From IMG/VR virus record IMGVR_UViG_3300009151_000057, positions 11,078-75,077 of that record: a stretch of 64,000 nt of DNA. The stretch is one strand, 5' to 3'. How positions within the stretch are numbered: position 1 is the first letter of the stretch; every line of letters begins with the position of its first letter. Source of the stretch: a virus. Shown here one piece after another: positions 38,054 to 45,608 of the stretch. The translations under genes and the position numbers were made by a program. The notes below the pieces were generated by a model, which was not told the DNA's origin, did not search any database, and saw only the letters and a list, made by a program, of their open reading frames with translations.

Positions 38054-38500
38054 ATGGGAAAAAGCTGGAGCGAGCCGCGCTGATCTAGTAGCCCGTTGGG
38101 GCAAACGAGGTATTTTTTTCCAAACAAGTCGCGGGTAAACTTGTTAGCGAGGATAAGCTCTCGTACAATTTTCTCAGTAACCACAAACCCTCTGGTAGTA
38201 GGTTTTGCTGTAATTGGAATGTAGCAGCATAGAAATCCTGCTGAGAAAGCGACACATGCCTCCCTGCGTAGCGGGGTGCAGGGACTGGGAATACTCAGTC
38301 GAAGAGTTGTGTGACTAATCGGAGAGACGATTAATTGAGTTCCCCCAATTGGGGTGCGACACCTGCCAGTGGCTCCATGCCGCTGGATCTGGTCTACGTT
38401 TTGCGTGGGCTGGGTTAGTGGTGTGACGAATGGAGAGACATCTGTAAAGGCGACACCTGCCAGTCTGACAAAGTGGTGTGACACTGGGAGAGACTAGATT
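38054..38500 (+). ncRNA. Large structured ncRNA of unknown class with three repeated domains
   Basis: GC-rich island with no credible ORF, directly after tRNA-Met; many hairpins; three copies of GCGACAC(A/C)TGCC...AGT(T/G)GTGTGAC-stem-GAGAGA-stem with covariation; boundaries approximate. Confidence 0.75.
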
Positions 38501-38519
38501 TACTTAAATAAACCAACAT

Positions 38520-38828
38520 ATGAAAAAAATCCTATTAGTCTTAGCATTATTTACGACAACAACCGTTGGCTTGGTTCTGTCTTCTACAGGTGCTAAAAAA
38601 ATCAATACAGATAATATTAAAATAGATTATAAATCTATTTATATGGAAGACCCAAATGATCCAAAATGCTTGGCTGCTATCTTGTCAGAAGCAAGGCGAG
38701 CAACCTCTTCAATCTTGCAAGAAGGGGATGCGCCAATTTATAAACACTGTCCCAAATGTGAGACAGGGGTGTTTCTTCCAGATAAAGATGATGTAAATCG
38801 TTGCACTTTCTGTGGAAGTCAAGAGTAA
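38520..38828 (+). CDS. Secreted or membrane-anchored protein with C-terminal Zn ribbon
   Basis: Signal-like MKKILLVLALF; CPKC...CTFC. Confidence 0.65.
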   Translation: MKKILLVLALFTTTTVGLVLSSTGAKKINTDNIKIDYKSIYMEDPNDPKCLAAILSEARRATSSILQEGDAPIYKHCPKCETGVFLPDKDDVNRCTFCGSQE

Positions 38829-38835
38829 TTTAAAT

Positions 38836-38918
38836 GGGAGAGTATACCGTTAAGGAGACGGTCCAGACTGTAAATTTGGCGTACTTGTGCTCGGTGGGAT
38901 CGTTACCCACATCTCCCA
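38836..38918 (+). tRNA. tRNA-Tyr(GTA)
   Basis: GGGAGA/TCTCCC acceptor; anticodon arm CCAGA-CTGTAAA-TTTGG; long variable arm; T-arm GTGGG-ATCGTTA-CCCAC with atypical loop; CCA not encoded. Confidence 0.88.
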
Positions 38919-38921
38919 CTT
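38897..38921 (+). repeat. 25-bp direct repeat, copy 1 (tRNA-Tyr 3' end)
   Basis: GGATCGTTACCCACATCTCCCACTT, identical to 41119-41143. Confidence 0.95.
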
Positions 38922-38924
38922 GTT

Positions 38925-39722
38925 ATGATTATAAATATAGATCAGCTAGAAATACATGCTGCGCATATTTGTAATTTAAATTGTGAAAGCTGTTCTCATT
39001 TTTCAAATTCCAAACATAAAGGCTTTGTATCTATAGAAGATGCAGAATATTGGTTATCACAATGGTCAAAAAGAATAAATCCTAAAAAATTTAAAATTGT
39101 TGGAGGAGAACCAACATTAAATCCAAATTTAATAGATTTTTTACAAATTTGCAGGAAGTATTTTCCAAATTCATCTTTTGATTTATTAACTAATGGATTT
39201 TTCTTACATAATCATTTAGACTTACCAAAAACTTTATTAGATTTAAATATAGATTTATATTTATCTATTCATGATGATTCAAACCAATATATTGAAAAAT
39301 TAAAAAATATTGAAAATTTAATTTCTTGTTGGCGAAAAAAATATCCATTTAATTATTACACTTATAATAAAAGAGATTTAAATTCTTGGACGAGAAGGTA
39401 TCATGGTTTTGGAGAAAACGTAAAACCATTTGATGATAAAAATCCAAAAAAAAGTTGGGAAATTTGTCCAGCTAAAAAATGTATGCAATTATTTGATAAT
39501 AAATTATGGAAATGCTGTTTAATAACTTATTTAAATTTACAAAAACAAAAATATCCAAATTTAAGTAGTGAATGGGATAAATATTTAAAATATAAACCGT
39601 TAGAAATTAATTGTTCTGAAGAAGAATTAATTGATTTCTCTTTAAGAAAAGAAGAAGATATTTGTGGCATGTGTCCATCAGAAAAAATATTCTTTAAAAA
39701 GAAGTCTCCTTTAACGAATTAA
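38925..39722 (+). CDS. Radical SAM protein with C-terminal Cys cluster
   Basis: CNLNCESC (CxxxCxxC), GGEPTL, LTNG, WEICPAKKC...KCC...ICGMCP. Confidence 0.88.
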   Translation: MIINIDQLEIHAAHICNLNCESCSHFSNSKHKGFVSIEDAEYWLSQWSKRINPKKFKIVGGEPTLNPNLIDFLQICRKYFPNSSFDLLTNGFFLHNHLDLPKTLLDLNIDLYLSIHDDSNQYIEKLKNIENLISCWRKKYPFNYYTYNKRDLNSWTRRYHGFGENVKPFDDKNPKKSWEICPAKKCMQLFDNKLWKCCLITYLNLQKQKYPNLSSEWDKYLKYKPLEINCSEEELIDFSLRKEEDICGMCPSEKIFFKKKSPLTN

Positions 39723-39753
39723 TTATTTTACTTAATTCTGTGTAAAATATTTT

Positions 39754-41118
39754 ATGAAAGACTGTGGAAATCATCCAAACTCCTTTTCAACAAAAAGAGA
39801 GTTTTTAACTAATTTTGGTTGGGGGCTTGGAGGATTATCTCTAGCTTCAATACTTGGAGTAAATCCAATAACGGCTGAAGCCGTTTCTCCATTGGTTGCG
39901 AAACCATCTCATTTTCCAGTTAAAGCAAAAGCAGTAATTCAATTGTTTGCTTCTGGCGCTCCATCTCATGTAGATACATTTGATTATAAACCAGAACTCC
40001 AAAAGAGAGATGGAATGAAAGACAGCTATGGTAATTTATTAGCTTCTCCTTTTAACTTTCCACAGTTTGGAAAGTCTGGATTACATATTTCAGAAGTTTG
40101 GTCTAAACTTGGTCAACACGCTGACAGCATGGCAATAATAAATTCCATGCAAACTGATATTCCAGATCATGGTATTGCTCAAAAAATGATGAATACTGGA
40201 TCAACACAATTACCAAAACCTAGTCTTGGTAGTTGGTTAACATATGGTTTGGGAACAGCAAACCAAAACATGCCAGCATTTATTACATTAAATGGTTCTC
40301 CAGATTGGAGGCAATGTGCATTTTTACCAGGCATGTTTCAAGGATGCAACGTCCAGTATCGCACAGGTATGAAATCTGATGAGATTTTATCAAATCTTCG
40401 TAGCGAGTTTTCGACATTGGATAGACAAAGAAGGCAGCTTGAACTAGCCAAGTCAATGAATATTGAGCACATGTCTAGACTTCAAAAAGATTCTCAACTT
40501 GAAGCAAGAATAGAGGCATTTGAAACCGCATTTAAAATGCAAACGGAGGCATCCGACGCTTTTGATATTTCAAAAGAGCCACAAAATATTCGCGATCTAT
40601 ATGGAACAAATGAAGAAGCGAATAAAATGATTGTTGCTCGCAGATTAGTTGAAAGAGGTGTTCGTTTTGTACAAGTTCATGTTGGTGGATATGATCATCA
40701 TTCTGATATTAAAACTGCAATGACAAATACTGCAATGCGATATGATCAAGCTTTTGCGGGACTTTTAACTGATTTAAAACAAAGAGGATTATTGGATTCT
40801 ACTTTAGTAATTTGGGGAGGAGAATTTGGTAGAACTGTTACTGCTGGAGGTGGCGCAGGAGCACCTGGCAGAGATCATAATGGAAAAGCATTTTCTGTAT
40901 GGATGGCGGGCGGCAACGTCAAAGGAGGTCAACGCTATGGAGAAACTGATGAAACAGGTGGTAAATCAATTAAGGATATTGTTCATATACATGATCTTCA
41001 CGCTACAATTCTTAACCTTATGGGCTTTGATCATACTAAGTTAACATATAACTACAATGGTCGCGAATTTAGATTGACAGATAATTTCGGCAATGTTATA
41101 AAAGAATTAGTTAGTTAA
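39754..41118 (+). CDS. DUF1501-family (sulfatase-like) protein with a Tat-like N-terminus
   Basis: KREFL, KAKAVIQLF..GAPSHVDTFDYKP, PSLGSWLTYGLG, ARRLVERGVRFVQV, LKQRGLLDSTLVIWGGEFGRT, GRDH, HDLHATIL. Confidence 0.9.
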   Translation: MKDCGNHPNSFSTKREFLTNFGWGLGGLSLASILGVNPITAEAVSPLVAKPSHFPVKAKAVIQLFASGAPSHVDTFDYKPELQKRDGMKDSYGNLLASPFNFPQFGKSGLHISEVWSKLGQHADSMAIINSMQTDIPDHGIAQKMMNTGSTQLPKPSLGSWLTYGLGTANQNMPAFITLNGSPDWRQCAFLPGMFQGCNVQYRTGMKSDEILSNLRSEFSTLDRQRRQLELAKSMNIEHMSRLQKDSQLEARIEAFETAFKMQTEASDAFDISKEPQNIRDLYGTNEEANKMIVARRLVERGVRFVQVHVGGYDHHSDIKTAMTNTAMRYDQAFAGLLTDLKQRGLLDSTLVIWGGEFGRTVTAGGGAGAPGRDHNGKAFSVWMAGGNVKGGQRYGETDETGGKSIKDIVHIHDLHATILNLMGFDHTKLTYNYNGREFRLTDNFGNVIKELVS

Positions 41119-41143
41119 GGATCGTTACCCACATCTCCCACTT
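41119..41143 (+). repeat. 25-bp direct repeat, copy 2
   Basis: Starts at the base after the DUF1501 stop codon; identical to 38897-38921. Confidence 0.95.
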
Positions 41144-41472
41144 TTTTTAATTAGTGCTAATTTTTCTTGTGCATCTTTCTCGACATTTGGATTGAAAGAT
41201 TTCCAATCTCCCAAATGTCCAATTTTTAAATGACATTGTTCAGATTTTTCTTCGCATAATGTAATTAAATTATTTTGATCTAATTCCAATTCTGGATGCA
41301 AATGAAATGGTTGTTTGTGATGAACTTGTAAGTCTTGAACTTTTCCACAAGCAACACAAAAAGGTTGCAATTTAAGATGATTTTTCCTAGTAGTTTCCCA
41401 ATGAGTGGATCTTAAAGATAAAGGTTTTCCATTTAATTTTTCTTTAATTGAATTTATTATTCTTGTAATCAT
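41125..41472 (-). CDS. HNH endonuclease
   Basis: CVACG...VHHKQP...NLITLC...CHLKIGH; its stop codon lies inside the tRNA-derived repeat. Confidence 0.85.
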   Translation of the reverse strand: MITRIINSIKEKLNGKPLSLRSTHWETTRKNHLKLQPFCVACGKVQDLQVHHKQPFHLHPELELDQNNLITLCEEKSEQCHLKIGHLGDWKSFNPNVEKDAQEKLALIKKSGRCG

Positions 41473-41487
41473 TTTATTATAATTACA

Positions 41488-41517
41488 CGCGATGTCGCCT
41501 AGCGGTTATGGCGCTTG
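41488..41517 (+). pseudogene. 5'-half tRNA remnant (Pro-like)
   Basis: CGCGATG-TC-GCCTAGCGGTTATGGC-G-CTTG forms an acceptor 5' strand and a D-arm, then decays into AT-rich sequence. Confidence 0.5.
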
Positions 41518-41547
41518 AATTGTTATTATTTTTAGTAGTAAAAAAAG

Positions 41548-41627
41548 TCTCTGGTGGGGGAACGGTAGACCCAGAAAGCTGTTAACTTTCCGCGAAAGCA
41601 CTGTACGTTCGAATCGTACCCAGAGAG
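41548..41627 (+). tRNA. tRNA-Asn(GTT) with an extended variable arm
   Basis: TCTCTGG/CCAGAGA acceptor, G73; anticodon arm GAAAG-CTGTTAA-CTTTC; variable hairpin GC-GAAA-GC; T-arm GTACG-TTCGAAT-CGTAC. Confidence 0.88.
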
Positions 41628-41690
41628 TCAATTTTTTATCGTTGGCGCATAAAAAACAAGTTACCCTTCTTGCGAAAAAGGGATTTTTTC

Positions 41691-41765
41691 GCACCGTGAC
41701 TCAGATGGCTAGGGGACAGTCTGCAAAACTGTATTAAACTGGTTCGATTCCAGTACGGTGCTCCA
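41691..41765 (+). tRNA. tRNA-Cys(GCA)
   Basis: GCACCGT/ACGGTGC, U73, encoded CCA; anticodon arm ACAGT-CTGCAAA-ACTGT; T-arm ACTGG-TTCGATT-CCAGT; position 8 is not U. Confidence 0.9.
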
Positions 41766-41785
41766 TTTTAAAGTGTAAAAACGAT

Positions 41786-41977
41786 ATGTCTTTAGATAAG
41801 GCTATACAATATGGTAAAGAGTATCGTAAAAAATATTTTGACAGCAGAAGTTTCGATCCGCATTGTCGCAACAATGAGCGCTGCTCTTATTGCAGGGACA
41901 ATAGGCTATATTCTACAAACAAAAGAAAACGCAAAGCAAATTACGAAATAAAAGAATGGATAGAAAATCCAAATTAA
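41786..41977 (+). CDS. Small basic Cys-containing hypothetical protein
   Basis: 63 aa, CRNNERCSYC; GTGTAA at 41773. Confidence 0.65.
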   Translation: MSLDKAIQYGKEYRKKYFDSRSFDPHCRNNERCSYCRDNRLYSTNKRKRKANYEIKEWIENPN

Positions 41978-42369
41978 CATGGTGGTTAGACTTAGCAAAA
42001 GTCGGAGCTACTAGAAGTGAAGATCCTTGGTATAAAGTTGGCGCAATTGGAATCAGAGAAGATGGATCTATTGCTGGAGTTTCTTATAATGGCGCACCAC
42101 CAAAAATTGAAATAGATTGGTCAAATAGAGATGAGCGTAGAAAATACGTGGTTCATGCAGAGACTAATTTATTAAGATATATAAAACCAAATGAATGTCC
42201 AGTAGTTGCTGTTACATTAGCCCCATGTTTTGATTGTCTTAAAAATTTAGCAAGTTACGGAGTAAAGAAAATTTATTTTTCAGAATATTACGAGAAATGT
42301 AATGCAGATGAATTGCATAACATGGCAGACTTATTTAAAATAGAATTATTTCATGTCTCTGACCATTAA
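41956..42369 (+). CDS. dCMP deaminase
   Basis: KVGA, YNG, HAE, PCFDC. Confidence 0.9.
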   Translation: MDRKSKLTWWLDLAKVGATRSEDPWYKVGAIGIREDGSIAGVSYNGAPPKIEIDWSNRDERRKYVVHAETNLLRYIKPNECPVVAVTLAPCFDCLKNLASYGVKKIYFSEYYEKCNADELHNMADLFKIELFHVSDH

Positions 42370-42457
42370 GATTCAAATCGCTCAATTTATTGTCCAAATA
42401 ATTGTTGGTGCTGGCATTTTGATTCAAGGCTATATTTTACTTAAACGAGGCCGATAA
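42353..42457 (+). CDS. Small membrane peptide (not in ORF track)
   Basis: MSLTIKIQIAQFIVQIIVGAGILIQGYILLKRGR*. Confidence 0.4.
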   Translation: MSLTIKIQIAQFIVQIIVGAGILIQGYILLKRGR

Positions 42458-42656
42458 CATCGCCTTTTCGTACATCATCCCAAGTAACAGGTTCAGACGC
42501 TTTTGCTTTTTGCTTTTTTCTATTCTTGTATTGTGAGTAGCAAACTGCCACCCTTTGTTTTTGATCTTTATAATCATTTTTCATAATATCGTCACCCATG
42601 CAACGATTAATAAATTCACTTTCTTCTTCTTTTTTATGTGGGGTTGGTAGAGGCAT
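42441..42656 (-). CDS. Small phage protein
   Basis: MPLPTP...EFINRCMGD...QRVAVCYSQY; GTGTAT motif upstream. Confidence 0.7.
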   Translation of the reverse strand: MPLPTPHKKEEESEFINRCMGDDIMKNDYKDQKQRVAVCYSQYKNRKKQKAKASEPVTWDDVRKGDVIGLV

Positions 42657-42712
42657 ATAATCAATAATACACTTGACTTTCTAAAAAATCTAAGCATAAT
42701 CATTCCATACTC

Positions 42713-43639
42713 ATGAAAATTTTAATTATTGATTCCCATAAAGGTGGGCCTAAATTAACAAATAACTTGCATCTTCTAAATGCAAATTTAATTGCTAAAG
42801 AAATAAATGCCGATCTTATCTGGTCTTATAAGACTGTTAATGATGATATTAAGTCTGGGTATGATGTGATTATTTTTAATCATGCATCTCAATATTCTTT
42901 TGTAGATTATGCTTGGTTACAAGCAAGTCCAAATGCAAAACTATTTTATATCACAAATGAATATAATTTAGGCGAACCCCGCGCTCTTTGGATGGGAATT
43001 AAAGAAGGTAGGCGTTATGATGTAATCGCTAATCATTCAAACGAACCAAGTAAAGTTGTAAGAAAGTATGTTGATAATTGGCACATTACAAATTTAAATA
43101 CTTTAGTATTTGATCCTCAAGATATTTCTGTAAAAGATAAGAAAGGATTAATTTATTACGGCTCTTTCCGAAAAGATCGCACAAAGTATTTTCAAAAATA
43201 TTTACAAGGAGACATAACGGTATCTACACATAAGAAGAACATTGAAAAATTTAATTCTGTATCAGTTAATGCTAATTTTATTGATAGAGTAAAATGGTGT
43301 AAAGAGGGTCTTGCTCAATATACTACATCATTATATATTGAAGACGAAAAGACACACGAACATTATAATCATTTAGCTAATCGATTTTATGAAGCATTAA
43401 ATTATAATGTATTACCTATCTTTTCAAAAGAGTGTTTAAATACAATAGTTAAATCTGGATATCCAATTCATCCTTCAACAATTTTTGATTCAGTTGAAGA
43501 AATGTATCAAATAAAAGATTACTTAGAAACCGCTGAACTATTTAAATATAGACTTCTTCTGGAATATAAAAAGAACGCAGCTATTGAAAAGAAAAAAACA
43601 ATAGAAACAATTAAAAATATTATTTATGGGAATGTTTGA
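42713..43639 (+). CDS. GT-B glycosyltransferase resembling T4 DNA beta-glucosyltransferase
   Basis: MKILII, YDVIIFN, KLFYITNE, LIYYGSFR (T4 BGT: VIYGGSFR), SLYIED, NRFYEAL; TTGACT-N16-CATAAT upstream. Confidence 0.65.
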   Translation: MKILIIDSHKGGPKLTNNLHLLNANLIAKEINADLIWSYKTVNDDIKSGYDVIIFNHASQYSFVDYAWLQASPNAKLFYITNEYNLGEPRALWMGIKEGRRYDVIANHSNEPSKVVRKYVDNWHITNLNTLVFDPQDISVKDKKGLIYYGSFRKDRTKYFQKYLQGDITVSTHKKNIEKFNSVSVNANFIDRVKWCKEGLAQYTTSLYIEDEKTHEHYNHLANRFYEALNYNVLPIFSKECLNTIVKSGYPIHPSTIFDSVEEMYQIKDYLETAELFKYRLLLEYKKNAAIEKKKTIETIKNIIYGNV

Positions 43640-44267
43640 TGGAGTTTATGTAGCAAAATCTTTAATTGACGAAGTTCTTAAAGATACGGATATCAAGATG
43701 GAATCTTTTGAGGGTTATTACGATTTTCAAACAAAAGACCTCGATAATGTAATGTGTTCTTTTTATATTGAAGCTGATGGAAGTTTTTGTTGGGAGAAAT
43801 TAAACCAAGAGTATATACCCCCAACGAAGGGGAAAGAAAAAAAAGGTAGATGGAATATTGGAGAAATGAGAGAAATTTCTCCCCCAGAAAAAATCGAAGA
43901 TACTCGCACTGCTTATATAGAATTTTACGATGGCTTCGCGTCGGAAATTGAACGAATTTTTATTACATTTAAAGCTCATGTTAAATGTGGAAAGTTACAA
44001 GAGCCGATTTCTATTTTAAGTATTGAAAGATCAAATTTAGAACAAGAAGCCATTCAAACAAAACTTTTTGATGAAAAGTGGCAAAAGATCAAAAAAGATA
44101 AAAGATGGATTATCGGATCTGCGATAAGAGAAATTAGATATAAAATTTCTAGATTTTTCTCTCCGATTAGTCGTAAAATTGATAAGTTACAAAGCAATCT
44201 TTTAGATTCAGCAAGAGAGAAGCAGTTTCCGAAAGAAAAAGAATATAGAGATTCGTATTATGAATAA
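43626..44267 (+). CDS. Hypothetical phage protein
   Basis: MGMFD...FQTKDLD. Confidence 0.7.
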   Translation: MGMFDGVYVAKSLIDEVLKDTDIKMESFEGYYDFQTKDLDNVMCSFYIEADGSFCWEKLNQEYIPPTKGKEKKGRWNIGEMREISPPEKIEDTRTAYIEFYDGFASEIERIFITFKAHVKCGKLQEPISILSIERSNLEQEAIQTKLFDEKWQKIKKDKRWIIGSAIREIRYKISRFFSPISRKIDKLQSNLLDSAREKQFPKEKEYRDSYYE

Positions 44268-44970
44268 TTTAATTATTGGCGATGTCCATACAAAATTTGA
44301 AAAAGTAGAAAAAATTATCAAAGATTATGATTGTCCAGTGATTTTTATTGGCGATTATTTTGATGATTTTGATGACGATGCCGAAATAAATAAAAGTACA
44401 GCAGAATGGCTAAAAGAATCGTTAACGAAACCAAATAGGATTCATTTATTTGGAAATCATGATTTCCAATATAGGATTAAACCTATAGGCATGGTAGCAT
44501 ATTCTGGATTTCATTATAAAAAATATGAAAAAATTAATGAAGTCATGACCGAAGATGATTGGGATAAACTCAAATATTTTCATTCAATTGATAAATATTG
44601 GTTCTCTCATGCTGGAATTACTGAATATTGGTTTCAACATCCTGTATTAGGATTAACAGTCGAAGGCATCAATGAAATTATTTCAAAAGCAAAAGAAGCC
44701 GTAAAAGTTTCAGATCTTGAAGGGGCGCAACCTTTAATCGCCGCTGATTATTACAGGGGCGGTAGACATCGAAAAGGAGGATTGCTTTGGAATCATGATG
44801 CAAATACTGATTACATTGGTGGAATTACGCAAATCTATGGACATACCGAACATAATGAAATTCAAGTTAAGAGAGCATTAAATAATGTTACAATCAACGT
44901 AGATACTGGTTTAAGAGAAGTGCTTGAATTAGATACAGATCTCAATATGTGGAAAATTAAAAAAGTTTAA
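44260..44970 (+). CDS. Calcineurin-like metallophosphoesterase
   Basis: GDVH, GDYFD, GNHD, SHAG, GHT, VDTG. Confidence 0.9.
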   Translation: MNNLIIGDVHTKFEKVEKIIKDYDCPVIFIGDYFDDFDDDAEINKSTAEWLKESLTKPNRIHLFGNHDFQYRIKPIGMVAYSGFHYKKYEKINEVMTEDDWDKLKYFHSIDKYWFSHAGITEYWFQHPVLGLTVEGINEIISKAKEAVKVSDLEGAQPLIAADYYRGGRHRKGGLLWNHDANTDYIGGITQIYGHTEHNEIQVKRALNNVTINVDTGLREVLELDTDLNMWKIKKV

Positions 44971-44971
44971 T

Positions 44972-45331
44972 ATGATAAATACGCCTAACCATAAATACGT
45001 ACATAAGGGATGGGGATACGAACTATGGATCACCAATACAGATAAATATTGTGGAAAACTTTTGTATATACAAAAAGATAAAAAACTTTCTTGGCATTAT
45101 CATAAGTTAAAGGATGAAGTCATGTACGTCCAAGAAGGGACTATTATCATCACTTATGGTTATGACGAAGACATTAATAAAGCTGAAACAATTAAATTAG
45201 AAGTTGGAGATAGTTTTCATATTCCAGTAGGTTTAATTCATAGAATTTCAGCAATTAAAAACGCACAAGTATTTGAGTTTTCAACTCAACATTTTGATGA
45301 AGATTCTATTCGCGTAGAGAAAGGAGATTAA
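44972..45331 (+). CDS. Cupin (mannose-6-phosphate-isomerase-like)
   Basis: KGWGYE, SWHYHKLKDE, HIPVGLIHR, EFST. Confidence 0.85.
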   Translation: MINTPNHKYVHKGWGYELWITNTDKYCGKLLYIQKDKKLSWHYHKLKDEVMYVQEGTIIITYGYDEDINKAETIKLEVGDSFHIPVGLIHRISAIKNAQVFEFSTQHFDEDSIRVEKGD

Positions 45332-45332
45332 T

Positions 45333-45608
45333 ATGTTATTATCACTAATCGCTAATTTAATTAAAGCAATATCAGCATATTTAGAACTTAAAAACAAATC
45401 ATTTTATTATGACATCCTCGAAAAATCAAGAAACCGTCAATCACAACTTACTAAAGAAATCGAAAAACTTAGGGCTGAAGGCACTAACGACTCTAACGAT
45501 ATCGCTGATGCTATCTTCATGCAATTCTGTGCCGAGCAAAAGTACTGCAAACATTTATCAGCCACTTATTCTCCGATTGAAAGCAAAGCAGCAGATTCAA
45601 ACAAGTGA
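45333..45608 (+). CDS. Putative i-spanin-like protein
   Basis: Hydrophobic N-terminus plus coiled coil; overlapped by a lipoprotein ORF. Confidence 0.45.
   Translation: MLLSLIANLIKAISAYLELKNKSFYYDILEKSRNRQSQLTKEIEKLRAEGTNDSNDIADAIFMQFCAEQKYCKHLSATYSPIESKAADSNK

Larger units (their letters stand above)
38897..41143 (+). mobile_element. Putative cassette inserted at the tRNA-Tyr 3' end (radical SAM + DUF1501)
   Basis: Two genes exactly bracketed by a 25-bp duplication of the tRNA 3' end; no integrase inside. Confidence 0.6.

Noticed and set aside
38047-38484. 145-aa minus-strand ORF
   Set aside because: It is the antisense shadow of the GC-rich structured RNA. Its composition is unlike the phage proteins, and the covariation pattern supports RNA on the plus strand.
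38249-38497. CRISPR array, tandem glycine riboswitch or RNase P RNA
   Set aside because: The repeats are bipartite with irregular, self-folding inserts and there is no cas operon. GGAGAGAC is present, but the glycine-aptamer CCGAAG and CTCAGG elements are not. The RNase P GAGGAAAGTCC motif is absent.
41488-41627. Intron-containing or split tRNA joining the Pro-like half to a downstream 3' half
   Set aside because: The downstream 3' half pairs fully with tRNA-Asn's own 5' strand, and I found no strand complementary to CGCGATG nearby.
41506-41694. 62-aa minus-strand ORF
   Set aside because: It is antisense to tRNA-Asn and the tRNA spacer.
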